Shown here one piece after another: positions 26,643 to 37,235 of a DNA stretch of 64,000 nucleotides. The DNA is from Bacteroidota bacterium (GTDB taxonomy: Bacteria > Bacteroidota > Bacteroidia > JABDFU01), in assembly GCA_016183775.1 (NCBI GenBank), contig JACPDY010000144.1, positions 6,185 through 70,184 of the forward strand. Reading direction: 5' to 3'. The position numbers and the translations under genes were made by a program. Position 1 is the first letter of the stretch. The number at the start of each line of letters is the position of its first letter. The notes below the pieces were generated by a model. The model worked only from the letters and a program-made list of their open reading frames with translations, was not told the DNA's origin and searched no databases.

Positions 26643-28688
26643 TTATTTTTGATCCCGCTTCTTCACCATCGTCAATATAGTTGCAATGGCAACGGTCTCA
26701 CCCGTTTCGTCAAACACATCAACAAGCCATTTTACTATCCCTTTCGCAATATCATCCGGCGTCTTTTTCTCTTGCTCGGCCTTTTCTTTGCATGTAAAGC
26801 GCACACCAATGGTCGATCCCGGGTAAACGGGTTTTGTGAACCGGCACTCATCAATGCCATAGTTCAGCAGTACAGGGCCCTTGGGTGCATCAACAAAGAG
26901 TCCCGCAGCTCTCGATAAAATATAGTAGCCGTGCGCAACACGCCCTGTAAAAATTGTGCCTTCGAGTGATTTTTCATCCATGTGGGCATAAAATTTGTCT
27001 CCACTCAATTCAGCAAAGTCCTCAATGTTTTTGAGTGTGACTAAATGTGTGCCGGTAATAAGCGTTTCGCCAATTTCGAGTTCTTCAAAATAGCGTTTAA
27101 ATGGATGGATTTTTTTGTCGATGTATTTAGCGCCATATTGGTATTGATTGGTCACTTTTGTAAGTGTTGTGGGTGAGCCCTGTATGGCGGTACGTTGTAA
27201 ATAATGGAACACGCCACGTTTGCCGCCCATTTCTTCGCCGCCACCCGCACGACCGGGCCCGCCGTGTACCAGTAAAGGCATAGGTGAACCATGTCCTGTA
27301 CTTTCTTTAGCGCAATCATTATTTAAGATCAGTATGCGGCCATGCATACTTGCGGCACCTAATACATATTGTTTTGCGATGTTGTCATCGGCAGTAACTA
27401 TCGAGCTTACCAATGAACCCTTTCCCATTTTTGCGAGTTGTATCGCTTCGTCCGTGGTTTTGTAAGGCATTAATGTGCTCACGGGTCCAAAAGCTTCAAT
27501 GCTGTGGCAATCGGTATTTGTAAATGGATTATCATTTAGAAATACGATCGGGGGCATAAATGCACCTTTGTTTTTGTCAGCACCCTTCACTTCAAATTTT
27601 TCGAAACTGCCGATAATTATTTTTTGTGTCTTACTTAGCTGTGCTACTTTTTCTTTTACTTCCAGTAATTGGGCTTGTCCGGCCAGCGAGCCCATACGTA
27701 CACCCTCTACATTGGGGTCGCCAATAATAGTTTGCGCCAGTCGTTTGCCCAGCGCGATCTGAACATCTTCAATTTTATTTTCCGGAACAATTATTCTGCG
27801 TACAGCGGTACACTTTTGTCCGGCCTTGGTTGTTATTTCACGTACCACTTCTTTAATGAAAATATCAAACTCGGGCTTATCCGGTGTTACATCGTTTCCT
27901 AAAATGCAGCAGTTGAGGGAATCCGCTTCCATGTTAAAAGGTACAGCTTCTGCAAGCAGGCGGGGATGTGCCTTAAGCATTTTCCCTGTATGCGCAGAAC
28001 CTGTGAATGTAACTACATCCTGGTTAAGAACGTGATCCAATATGCCATTGGCGCTTCCACAGATCAGCTGGAGTGCACCTTCGGGTAAAATGCCTGAAGC
28101 GATGATCTCTTTTACCACGGCTTCTGTTAAAAATGAAGTAACTGTTGCAGGTTTTACTATTGCAGGAACACCGGCCAGCCAATTCACGGCAACCTTTTCA
28201 AGCATTCCCCAAACCGGGAAGTTGAACGCGTTAATATGGATAGCGACACCTTCTTTTGGTACACAAATGTGGTGACCAATAAACGTTCCGCCTTTGGAAA
28301 GTTTGGCCACATCACCTTCCACGCAAAATGTTTCGTCGGGAAATTGCCTGCGCAGGCTGGCATATGAAAATAAATTCCCTATACCGCCTTCAATGTCAAC
28401 CCAGCTATCAATGCGTGTTGCGCCTGTGGCCCAGCTTATTTTATAAAAATCTTCTTTTTTCGATTGCAGGTGCATAGCTAATGCTTTCAGCATGCGGCCA
28501 CGCTCGTGAAAAGTGAGCTTTCGGAGTTTAGGTCCGCCTGTTGACCGGGCGTAACGCGTCATGGCTTCAAAATCCAATCCTTTACTGCCTGCAGTGGCTA
28601 TATTTTCGCCTGTAATAGCGTTATACAGTTGCTGGCCGTCACCTTCTCCGGCGACCCATTTACCAAGTGCGTAATTTTGTAGTTTCAT
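26643..28688 (-). CDS. paaZ: Phenylacetate degradation bifunctional protein PaaZ (oxepin-CoA hydrolase / 3-oxo-5,6-dehydrosuberyl-CoA semialdehyde dehydrogenase)
   Basis: 681-aa protein with an N-terminal ALDH domain and a C-terminal MaoC hot-dog domain. It is near-collinear with E. coli PaaZ (WVDIEGGIG, VAIHINAFNFPVWGMLEK, MEADSLNC, KESTGHGSP, HGGPGRAGGGEE). Confidence 0.85.
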   Translation of the reverse strand: MKLQNYALGKWVAGEGDGQQLYNAITGENIATAGSKGLDFEAMTRYARSTGGPKLRKLTFHERGRMLKALAMHLQSKKEDFYKISWATGATRIDSWVDIEGGIGNLFSYASLRRQFPDETFCVEGDVAKLSKGGTFIGHHICVPKEGVAIHINAFNFPVWGMLEKVAVNWLAGVPAIVKPATVTSFLTEAVVKEIIASGILPEGALQLICGSANGILDHVLNQDVVTFTGSAHTGKMLKAHPRLLAEAVPFNMEADSLNCCILGNDVTPDKPEFDIFIKEVVREITTKAGQKCTAVRRIIVPENKIEDVQIALGKRLAQTIIGDPNVEGVRMGSLAGQAQLLEVKEKVAQLSKTQKIIIGSFEKFEVKGADKNKGAFMPPIVFLNDNPFTNTDCHSIEAFGPVSTLMPYKTTDEAIQLAKMGKGSLVSSIVTADDNIAKQYVLGAASMHGRILILNNDCAKESTGHGSPMPLLVHGGPGRAGGGEEMGGKRGVFHYLQRTAIQGSPTTLTKVTNQYQYGAKYIDKKIHPFKRYFEELEIGETLITGTHLVTLKNIEDFAELSGDKFYAHMDEKSLEGTIFTGRVAHGYYILSRAAGLFVDAPKGPVLLNYGIDECRFTKPVYPGSTIGVRFTCKEKAEQEKKTPDDIAKGIVKWLVDVFDETGETVAIATILTMVKKRDQK

Positions 28689-28893
28689 AACAGAGTAAAA
28701 ATATATTTATGACCTTAAATTTAGGAAATATTTGTTGACTAAACGGGTTTATTGGGGTGTACCACAAAAACCCCTCTTGCTTGGTGAACCTTTGTGACTT
28801 AGTGACTTTGTGGCAAGGAAACATAGCCACCAAAACACAAAAGCACGAAATCCCACCAAAAAATTATCAAAGGGAAATTTGTCGTACACCCGT

Positions 28894-31800
28894 TTATTGC
28901 GCCAGCGTAAATCTTAAGCTTATGCCCGCGTTTGTATTTGAAGTAGGGAAGGAGGAGGAGATGACCGGTCGGTTCATGATACGGTCAAAGAAAGCGCGGA
29001 CAGTCAATTTATCATTAAGTATGTAATCTGCGGAAGTTTTTATTGTAATTATATTTTGACCTGAAGTGGCCTGCGTGATATCTGTTGCGGCCTGGCGCAT
29101 TACGGTAATGTTGTTTTTAAAGGATATATCCGCTTTTAAATTAAGGTCACTTTTAAAGGCACGTTTTCCTAATTTGATCTTAAGGTCTTTGATCCTGTAA
29201 CCCGCGCCTATTACTATATCACGGGAGTTAAGTTCCTGCAGTTGTATGTTCGACATGGCCAGTGAAAGGTTGCGTTCTTTTCTTATTTCAAAACTGGTGA
29301 GCAAGCTGTTGTTCCAGGTCATATCAATTTTAAGCAGCGGCGAAAATTGTTCGGATATCGAAACCGAACCGATCGTTAAACGCGGAACAAAATTACTTGT
29401 GGCATCACGGACAGTGGTGAGGCCATCGCCATTATCCACAAAGTTTAAATTTTGAGTGAAGGAGGTTACGTTGTAGGTTGAGCGGTAAGAATGGCTCAGG
29501 GTAATTGAGCGGAATAATGTTTTTATAATTTCCATTTTGGATAATCCATCATAAGTTATCCTCCAGTTGGGCATTGGAAGTAAAGGGAAGGTGGTAAGGT
29601 CGTTTTTGCGTGGTGCTCTGCCTGCGTAGGCGGCTACAAATGCGGGTATGGTTACATCCTGTGATATAGCGCCGTAGCCGTTCATAAAGCCGGATGTATC
29701 CTGTTTAAGTTGTGCAAGCGTGTACTTCTGTGCCTGGAAGTTGGAGATCGTTGCCCTGTAATTGAGAAAGTTCTCCCAGTTCTGGGAAAAATGTGTTTTG
29801 TTTCGTTTTTCGAAAGCGGTTCGTATACTCAGGAATGATATACTGAAGCTTCCTGAAAAAGTAGGTGTTTGACTTTGAAACGATTTTGAAAGGCCGTCCC
29901 ACCTGAAAAATTCGCTGCGGGTTTCGCTGTAGTTGCGATTGCCATTCACTTCGATTTTAAAATCAGGTAATGGTTCAATATTTACACGTGCTGTAATATT
30001 TTGTGTGCGGTTATTTGTGTATGGAGTATTGATTGAAGCGGTTTTTTCCAGCCAGTCATTATCAATGGCTTTTTGCCGGATGTCGGCCTGGCTGCCAAAT
30101 ATGAAGCCGGGAGTAGGGCCTTCAAATCGGCTATCCATTCCCATAATATTTGTCTTTTGCGAATAACCGGGAAGTGTAGTTCCGGCATTGTCGGTATAGC
30201 TCAGTGTAATGTTTTTTACGCTGGTAACAAGCCGGCCAATATAATCCAGTATCTCATATTGATTTTCTTTCTTTTTTGGTTTTAATGTATCGGCCTTTAA
30301 AATTTTGGCTTTTAAAGAATCAATAGCTGCCTTATTTGCGCCTGAGGTGTCTTTCGATAAAGATTTTAGTTTTAATTTTAGTTTTGCCATATCCTTCGTA
30401 GCGGCAGCGGCTTTTTCGGCTTCTGCTTTTTCTTTGGCTTTTTGTTTTTCATCGGGCTTGATCCCGCCAAGCGGTTTTTTCGATAGCTTTTTAAAGTAAG
30501 GTATTTTATTATAAAGAGTACTCATGTTAAATTGTCCGTTCCATTGCCAGGAGCCTGAATTCTGAATGATGTGACCGAGAGAGTCGGCGGCAAAGGGTGC
30601 TCGGGTCCAATCGTATGTGCCGGAATAGCGCACGCTTGCATTCACAAAATCAAGCATGGGTAATTTGTTAATAGGTATGGTATAGTTCACATTTAATGAA
30701 TGCCGGTATTTTGTAGTAAGCCCGAGACCCAATAGGTTATCAATAACAGTATCGCGTTTTTCCTGGGTATCTATCCGTCCTACGGGTTCCATTATCCGTC
30801 CCTGGTTATTGGCAGTAAAATCAACCTTAAGGGCTTTCGTCAGATCCCATTTCAGGTCGTACGAACGGTTCATGTTAAATGTTTTATTATAAAGCGGAAT
30901 AATAATTACATCGGATGATCCGGTGTTATTGCGGATCTTGCTCTCATTGTAAAAGCGATCCACATCAGTTGTAAATCCCAGCCTGTTGGGGAGAAGTGAA
31001 AAATTAAGGTCCTTGATAAGTGAAAAATATTTCGGATTCAGTTTTATTTTGTCAAAAGGTTTAATGCTTTTGGCTGTGGGAGAGAAGGACCAGGTAAGAC
31101 CTGCCTTATAGGTTCGCGTTGTATTGTATTCTATATTTATATCGCGATGAAAAATTTCACTGAAAGAGTAGGAGAGTGCCACATTTTCAATATCGTAAAT
31201 GTGAGATGTCTTTTTATTTTTCCCTTTGTCTTTTTTTACATTGGTAAAGTTCAGACTCTTTCGTCGTGTGTAATCGACGGTTACCGTACTGAGTGAATCT
31301 CTTTGTGTTTGAGGAATGGCCTGATCGCTTAAAACTTCTTTCAGGTTTATATCGGGGTCAAGCGGATTAAACCGCGGAACAATAAACGACTCGGAATATC
31401 CGAAATACATAGGAATTTTAATGTTCAATGTTGAAGGAGTGAATTTCCCAAGTTCAATATTGGACGAAAGGTCATATCCGTAATTGGTTGATTGCTGACG
31501 TTCGTTCACTTTCTTTTCAATCCCGCCCCAGCCGGGTGTGCTATAATTTCCCGCAATAGAAATTGAACCCAGATCAGCCAGGTCGGTTTTGATCCGTGCA
31601 ATGGATGCCCATCCGCCTTGTTCGTCAAAATCACTCAGGCGCAATTCGTTTACCCAAACTTCACCGCATTTCGCCAGTCCGTCATCAGTGGTACTCCCGG
31701 GTTGCTGCTTTGGATTTCGTATGCCTATCATGATTGTTTTAACACCGGCCAGGTTTGGATTTCCCATAATGTAAATATTGTTGCTTCCATCACTTACCAT

Positions 31801-34800
31801 GTAGCGGATATTTAGCTTGGCTGTGGCTGTGCCATTGGTTAAGGCGATGTTACGCTGCTGTTTAGCCGATTGCAGTTTGGCAAATTCCAGGTCGAGTTCG
31901 TTTGCCAGCGGCCATACGGCATACTGGTCGGCCTGGTTACCTCCATTGTAGTTTTTTGGCGCGGTCACTTTCAGTGGAATTTCATACTCGTAATAGTTGC
32001 TGCTAAAATCACTCCCCAGCCGGATGAACACACGCAGGTCGCCGTCATTAAGGGCATCGCCATTTGGGCCGGCTTCAGCATGGACGAACATTTTTAACTT
32101 TTTATACATGCGTATGTCAAGACTGGTTGTGCGGAACGCGGCCCTTGCATTGCCGTCTTCCAGACCGCAAACGCGCATTGACAATGCCTGCTCGTTCAAC
32201 CGGGCGAGATTGGAAGACTGAATATTTACCTGGCGATCAATGCCCGGAGGTAAAACGTAGTTTACCGGCGCACGTGTTCCGTTCTCTTCTATGTTGATAG
32301 CAGCCGTTTGAAACGAGGCGTTGCGGCCGTCTGTACCCAGGTATTCTCCGTCAGCCAGGAGAGAGTTGTTATATGTTCTCCATTCTCCGCGAATAAATTC
32401 CATACGTGCAAAGCGGCACACAATAGGTTTGTCAACACCTTTAAAGAACATGCGTATAAAACGGATGGAACGAAAATCTTCAATGCTTCCTACTTTTGTT
32501 TCAAATTCCCTGATTGGTATTTTAATCTGGTACCACTTGATGGGTTTTGTTGTTCCGTTCTTGATATTTTGTCCGGAGGTTGAAAGAATGTCGGTGATAT
32601 AATTTTGTCCAACTGCATTGAAGTCGGAGGGCCGTAAACTTAAGCGGTATTGAAAATAACCTTCACTTTCACTTAGGGTATTGTCGCGGTTAATATCTTC
32701 AGAAGTAGGTGTTGATGTTGCTGAAGTGGTGTAGCTTTCGGTAAGTCCCTCATGATTTGCCTGACCGGATGCCGGGGAGTTGCCATCGGGACCATTGTAT
32801 TGACGGTAGCGTTCAAGCACTGTGAGCTTAGTGTTGTCATAATCTGAACCGCGATAAAAATGGTAATCATCTCCGGAAGGATCTTTTACAGCATTCAGAT
32901 AGGCGGCTGAAGTGGCGCCATGCAGGGCGGAGACTTTTTGAATATATGAACTATTGAAAAACGAATTTTCATCACCATTGGTCAATCCATCCAGCCCGAC
33001 ATCCTGGTAAGGGCGCGCTGCTTCATTCACATCAAATGCGTTTACAATTGACTGGATGGCGGGAACTCTGCCCCATTTCGTTTCGTCGTAAGGAATATTT
33101 GTTGAATTGCTTCCGTCTATAGGTAAACCATTTTCAAATGCTTTGCGTGAATCTTTCAAAACATCTTCCGAAATGTTGCCGAGGTTTACGTAAAGGTCGC
33201 CTGTAGTGTTAGGGTTGATATTGTCGGCGTTAAAAGGATCCATCATCCAGAATTGTATGTACTCAATGTTGGTCGCTTCAAAATCGTTTGTTACCACCTG
33301 GCGCATAATACCGCCCCAGCGGCTTTTAGGATTATTTAATTTTCCATTCACGTCAATGCCGCTTGAAATGCCTGATAGTCCGGTTACGTCGTAATTGTAA
33401 GGCCCGCGATCCTGTGGATAGTATGCAAGATCAAACACCGGTGTATTGGTAGGCGTTCCGCTTGGCAATTGTTTGTTGGGGAATATTTCAGTTTCAAGCA
33501 CCTCACGTGTGAAGTTGTCTGACATTTCGTTGGGGCCCAGATTGCCGGGGGTTAAGCCGGGTGTATTACGCAATAAAAGAGGATCGATGATATACCAATT
33601 AAGCCTGGCACGGTTAAAACCAGCAGGAAGGCTGTCGTTCAATGATGCTTCGGGAAATAGTCCGGGCTGCCCCTGTGGTATACTGGCCAGCGACCAGGCC
33701 TGCGGCGATTTTATATCAATACGTGAAATACTTCCTTCAAAATCATCAATGTATGAATTACCATCCTTGCCAATAGCTTTATTGTGTCCGGGAAATAGTT
33801 TTGCTACTTCACCCGATGCTACAAGGTTAGAGGGCTGCTTTGTACTAATGAACGGTAATTTATCAACAAGCTTTGTAATAAAAGGCACTTCTGTTTTATA
33901 GTTTCCGTCCAGTCCAACAACTGTATTTGAAATAGGTTCATCACCTATGTTCACTTTTTGTGTCAAAGGGCGTTCAGTTAAACGCATGATCGTACTTCCA
34001 AGTATAAAGTCTTTGTTTACCCGGTAATCAAAATGAGCACCTATCATTGTTTTTGACTGTAATGCGAATAGCGAATTACTTTCGAGCGAGATCTTAATTG
34101 GTGTGCCCGAGTTGAGTATGCCTTCGTTGATTATTTTTACACGGCCGAGTGTATAGTCAACTGTATAGTCAATGTTTTCAGTAAGTTTAATCCCTCCAGC
34201 CGTAACCGTTACTGAACCTTGCGGAACGTTTACGGTATTGAGTGCTATCTCTGAACTTGAAGATGATTTATAAGAGCCTTTGAGTTTGAATCGGTTTTTT
34301 TCCGGTATCTGTATGGCCGCTGTTTTGGTGGAATCGTACAACTGTTTGTATGCATATTTTTCGGCAAAAGGCCGGGTGGTTAATGTGTCCGAAGTGGGAG
34401 GGCTGCCCAGTATTTTTTTATATAAATAACTTCCGAATGGTTCAGCTACGGGAAAAATGATCCGGCCATTTGCGGCGCTTATGGTAACACCGTCAATAAA
34501 GTCGAATACACCGTCAGCCGTTGCGTCACCGTTTAAATTGAGGCGGTCGAGCGGAAGTACCTGCACAAGGGGGATGCCCTTATAAGGCCCGTCAGGGAGA
34601 AAATTAATGTCGACGCCGGTTGAGAGGTTGTTGTACCAAACCTCTAATCTGAAATCCTGTGGATTTATCTGGTATCCGCCAATGGAATAAATGTTTTTCA
34701 TCATCAGGTCCCAAATAGGCAGTCGCGGATTAACTGTTGTACCCTTAAGCAATTTTATATAAAGTGGTTTGGGACTTGTTATCCCATCAGTTGAAAACTC

Positions 34801-36297
34801 GCCAACCTGGTATGTTTTGCCGTTAATGCTGTATTGAAAAGCCACAGCCAGAACTTCATCATAATTCAATGATTGGTTAAGTGAAATAAACCCCAGGCGC
34901 GGGTTGAACGTAAATTCAGTAGGAGCCAGTTTGCGGGCCAGCTCTATTCGTTCATAGTCGCGTGCAATCACGTAAGGCGTACCTGCAAGATTAGCGCTTA
35001 CTTTTGGAAAATCACGGTCTCTTAATTTTCCGACCAGGGAGTCGGCCATCTGGTAATAAAGATTATTCGCGCCATTTTTTGGTAAGTAGCCTGTGCTATC
35101 CTCAATGATCGGTGATTTCAGGTATTTTGAAACATGGCCGGAGTCTTCCGCCAGGTCAGAAAATGCAACAATGTTACGCAGATCGGTGGTGGTGCTGCTT
35201 CTGTTGGTGACCCATACCTCAACCTTGGTGACACTAACAGGAGATTGAATAACGGGGAGTTTACTCAGGGCCGTATCAAAGCGATCTCTGAAATATTGGG
35301 AAAGAAAGAAGTGGCGGTTGGCTTCGTAGTTATCACCAGTCACTTCAAACTTACTTATTTGCGCGCCGCCGGTTACGTTCACTTCCGATTTTTTCCCTTT
35401 TTGCTGCGAGAAAATGGTCGTAGCTGTCAGCTTGCCGAATTGCAATTGGGTTTTTACTCCAAATAAACTTGTGCTGCCGGTGATAAGTGTACCTGTTAAA
35501 GGAAGTGTTACGTTACCCGCTTCTATTTTTTTTATGATCTCATCTTCATAGCCGTTATATTCAATCTTCATCTGGTTCTCAAAGTCGAAAGTGGCTTCGG
35601 TGTTATAGTTGGTCGTGAGCTTTAGCTTATCGCCGATCTTGCCAATCACGTTAAGCTGAATTTTTTCATTGAAGTCGAATGTAGTAATGCTTCGCTGCTT
35701 AACAGGCAGTATAGGGTTCTCGGTTTTCGAATTATTAACACCAAAAATAAGTTCGGCTGTTCCCTGCGGACGAATGTCGACTGTGTTGCCGCCAAAAATA
35801 CGGTCGAATAGTTCCCCGCTCACATGAAGTTTGGGAATCAGGGCACGGTTCGCCTGAGTTGTAGCTTCGGCAGTTGTACGTTGGCGCCAGTAACTTTTTA
35901 CCTGCTTTTGTATCTGGTAATCCATGTATTCTTCGGGCGACATATAGGTTGGCGGCCGGTAATCCAGGTTACCCATTTTCTGGCTGATGTTATATTGTCC
36001 CGTAACCGGATCATAATCTATTTTCTTATCGATGTTAGTGGGGTCAGTAAGTTTAAGTCCTCCGCTATTGGGGTAGTATAGTGGATCCTGAACAGATTCA
36101 TCTTTGAAATTGTATTTGAGTTTTGTGGTGGGCACTGCAGGAGAATCGGCCGGTAATGCTGAAGCTGCAATTCCTTCTTCTTTAAAAATGGGATAGGTGC
36201 CGGCGGGCCGCTCTTTGGCTTTAGTGCCAATAAAAGCTGATAAGACAGTAGCGGATGCTGCCGCTAAAAAAGTGTATTTAATTGCTTTATTCGCCAA
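28894..36297 (-). CDS. sprA: T9SS translocon / gliding-motility cell-surface protein SprA (Sov)
   Basis: 2467-aa secreted protein with a signal peptide (TFLAAASATVLSAF) and a huge beta-rich sequence. Its size, its position immediately downstream of ruvA (an arrangement I recall for sprA in Flavobacterium johnsoniae) and the T9SS-rich context all fit SprA. Confidence 0.75.
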   Translation of the reverse strand: MANKAIKYTFLAAASATVLSAFIGTKAKERPAGTYPIFKEEGIAASALPADSPAVPTTKLKYNFKDESVQDPLYYPNSGGLKLTDPTNIDKKIDYDPVTGQYNISQKMGNLDYRPPTYMSPEEYMDYQIQKQVKSYWRQRTTAEATTQANRALIPKLHVSGELFDRIFGGNTVDIRPQGTAELIFGVNNSKTENPILPVKQRSITTFDFNEKIQLNVIGKIGDKLKLTTNYNTEATFDFENQMKIEYNGYEDEIIKKIEAGNVTLPLTGTLITGSTSLFGVKTQLQFGKLTATTIFSQQKGKKSEVNVTGGAQISKFEVTGDNYEANRHFFLSQYFRDRFDTALSKLPVIQSPVSVTKVEVWVTNRSSTTTDLRNIVAFSDLAEDSGHVSKYLKSPIIEDSTGYLPKNGANNLYYQMADSLVGKLRDRDFPKVSANLAGTPYVIARDYERIELARKLAPTEFTFNPRLGFISLNQSLNYDEVLAVAFQYSINGKTYQVGEFSTDGITSPKPLYIKLLKGTTVNPRLPIWDLMMKNIYSIGGYQINPQDFRLEVWYNNLSTGVDINFLPDGPYKGIPLVQVLPLDRLNLNGDATADGVFDFIDGVTISAANGRIIFPVAEPFGSYLYKKILGSPPTSDTLTTRPFAEKYAYKQLYDSTKTAAIQIPEKNRFKLKGSYKSSSSSEIALNTVNVPQGSVTVTAGGIKLTENIDYTVDYTLGRVKIINEGILNSGTPIKISLESNSLFALQSKTMIGAHFDYRVNKDFILGSTIMRLTERPLTQKVNIGDEPISNTVVGLDGNYKTEVPFITKLVDKLPFISTKQPSNLVASGEVAKLFPGHNKAIGKDGNSYIDDFEGSISRIDIKSPQAWSLASIPQGQPGLFPEASLNDSLPAGFNRARLNWYIIDPLLLRNTPGLTPGNLGPNEMSDNFTREVLETEIFPNKQLPSGTPTNTPVFDLAYYPQDRGPYNYDVTGLSGISSGIDVNGKLNNPKSRWGGIMRQVVTNDFEATNIEYIQFWMMDPFNADNINPNTTGDLYVNLGNISEDVLKDSRKAFENGLPIDGSNSTNIPYDETKWGRVPAIQSIVNAFDVNEAARPYQDVGLDGLTNGDENSFFNSSYIQKVSALHGATSAAYLNAVKDPSGDDYHFYRGSDYDNTKLTVLERYRQYNGPDGNSPASGQANHEGLTESYTTSATSTPTSEDINRDNTLSESEGYFQYRLSLRPSDFNAVGQNYITDILSTSGQNIKNGTTKPIKWYQIKIPIREFETKVGSIEDFRSIRFIRMFFKGVDKPIVCRFARMEFIRGEWRTYNNSLLADGEYLGTDGRNASFQTAAINIEENGTRAPVNYVLPPGIDRQVNIQSSNLARLNEQALSMRVCGLEDGNARAAFRTTSLDIRMYKKLKMFVHAEAGPNGDALNDGDLRVFIRLGSDFSSNYYEYEIPLKVTAPKNYNGGNQADQYAVWPLANELDLEFAKLQSAKQQRNIALTNGTATAKLNIRYMVSDGSNNIYIMGNPNLAGVKTIMIGIRNPKQQPGSTTDDGLAKCGEVWVNELRLSDFDEQGGWASIARIKTDLADLGSISIAGNYSTPGWGGIEKKVNERQQSTNYGYDLSSNIELGKFTPSTLNIKIPMYFGYSESFIVPRFNPLDPDINLKEVLSDQAIPQTQRDSLSTVTVDYTRRKSLNFTNVKKDKGKNKKTSHIYDIENVALSYSFSEIFHRDINIEYNTTRTYKAGLTWSFSPTAKSIKPFDKIKLNPKYFSLIKDLNFSLLPNRLGFTTDVDRFYNESKIRNNTGSSDVIIIPLYNKTFNMNRSYDLKWDLTKALKVDFTANNQGRIMEPVGRIDTQEKRDTVIDNLLGLGLTTKYRHSLNVNYTIPINKLPMLDFVNASVRYSGTYDWTRAPFAADSLGHIIQNSGSWQWNGQFNMSTLYNKIPYFKKLSKKPLGGIKPDEKQKAKEKAEAEKAAAATKDMAKLKLKLKSLSKDTSGANKAAIDSLKAKILKADTLKPKKKENQYEILDYIGRLVTSVKNITLSYTDNAGTTLPGYSQKTNIMGMDSRFEGPTPGFIFGSQADIRQKAIDNDWLEKTASINTPYTNNRTQNITARVNIEPLPDFKIEVNGNRNYSETRSEFFRWDGLSKSFQSQTPTFSGSFSISFLSIRTAFEKRNKTHFSQNWENFLNYRATISNFQAQKYTLAQLKQDTSGFMNGYGAISQDVTIPAFVAAYAGRAPRKNDLTTFPLLPMPNWRITYDGLSKMEIIKTLFRSITLSHSYRSTYNVTSFTQNLNFVDNGDGLTTVRDATSNFVPRLTIGSVSISEQFSPLLKIDMTWNNSLLTSFEIRKERNLSLAMSNIQLQELNSRDIVIGAGYRIKDLKIKLGKRAFKSDLNLKADISFKNNITVMRQAATDITQATSGQNIITIKTSADYILNDKLTVRAFFDRIMNRPVISSSFPTSNTNAGISLRFTLAQ

Positions 36298-36326
36298 GCT
36301 TTTTTGTGAACTTTCGAATCATAAAC

Positions 36327-36373
36327 AAACCGAATTACGAATAGTGTAACAATACTGATCCGTAATTCGGTTT
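36327..36373. promoter_or_regulatory. 13-bp perfect inverted repeat (aaaccgaattacg ... cgtaattcggttt) with a 21-nt spacer between the ruvA stop and the sprA start
   Basis: Read directly from the sequence. It lacks a clean T-tract on the minus strand, so it is an attenuator, operator or weak terminator rather than a strong terminator. Confidence 0.4.
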
Positions 36374-36388
36374 ATTTTGAGCCTTGGA

Positions 36389-36976
36389 TTATAAATTTTT
36401 TAATGCTGCCTTTATCAGATCCTCAACATTAAGCTCTGAGGATGAGCTGTTTATGACTTTATCAAGGGCTTTTTCTGTAACATTTTTAGCAAAGCCCAGA
36501 TTCACTAATGCAGATAACGCTTCATCGCGGTTGTTATTGTGCGCAACTATCATAAAATCAGAGGAAAGCTCACTTTTTCCAAGTTTGCCTTTCAGGTCAA
36601 CAATAATGCGTTGAGCTGTTTTTTCACCAATGCCTTTTATGCTTTTCAGTAAAGTAACATTTCCGGTCAGTATGGCTTGTTGAATTTCCCGGGCCGATAG
36701 TGATGAAAGCATCATGATTGCACTTGTTCCTCCGACTCCGGATACGGACACCAGGTGCCGGAATAGCTGCCGTTCCTGCATATCGGCGAAGCCAAACAGT
36801 TTTGGCAGATCATCACGTACATACATTTCTTCGGCATATAGCTTACAGGTACCGCTGGCGGCCATTTTGGAGTAGGTGTTCAGCGATATGTTGAGCAAAT
36901 AACCAAGGCCATTGCAATCGATCACTGCGTACGTAGGTGTTTTTTCGACGAGGTTGCCTTCGATGTGATTAAGCAT
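36389..36976 (-). CDS. ruvA: Holliday junction branch migration protein RuvA
   Basis: 195-aa protein with an N-terminal OB fold (MLNHIEGNLVEKTPTYAVIDCNGLGY) and HhH motifs (IKGIGEKTAQRIIVDLKGK). Confidence 0.9.
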   Translation of the reverse strand: MLNHIEGNLVEKTPTYAVIDCNGLGYLLNISLNTYSKMAASGTCKLYAEEMYVRDDLPKLFGFADMQERQLFRHLVSVSGVGGTSAIMMLSSLSAREIQQAILTGNVTLLKSIKGIGEKTAQRIIVDLKGKLGKSELSSDFMIVAHNNNRDEALSALVNLGFAKNVTEKALDKVINSSSSELNVEDLIKAALKNL

Positions 36977-36993
36977 AAGTAAATTAGTTAGAG

Positions 36994-37034
36994 TAAAAAA
37001 ATCCCGCTTTAAGCGGGATGCTTTTTATTTTTTA
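36994..37034 (-). terminator. Rho-independent terminator downstream of hflX (hairpin is also T-flanked on the plus strand)
   Basis: aucccgcuu-u-aagcgggau hairpin followed by a U7 tract on the minus-strand transcript. Confidence 0.7.
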
Positions 37035-37235
37035 ACGGGACATAAAAATAGGTGATTTTTATGTAATACCGATGCCCGGTATACTATAGTCTAAATTTAA
37101 ACGCTTTTCCACTCTCGATCGGTTATTCATAGACTAATATTAGCGGATGGTATAAATAAGGAAGTCAATTTTAAATTTAACTTGCTGTTAATCATGCATC
37201 TGCGTTGTGATAGAGAGGTGGGGGACGGCTATGGG

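Noticed and set aside
28757-29026. 89-aa ORF spanning the sprA 3' end and the spacer.
   Set aside because: It overlaps the sprA coding frame and has no support. The spacer structure is reported instead as a finding.
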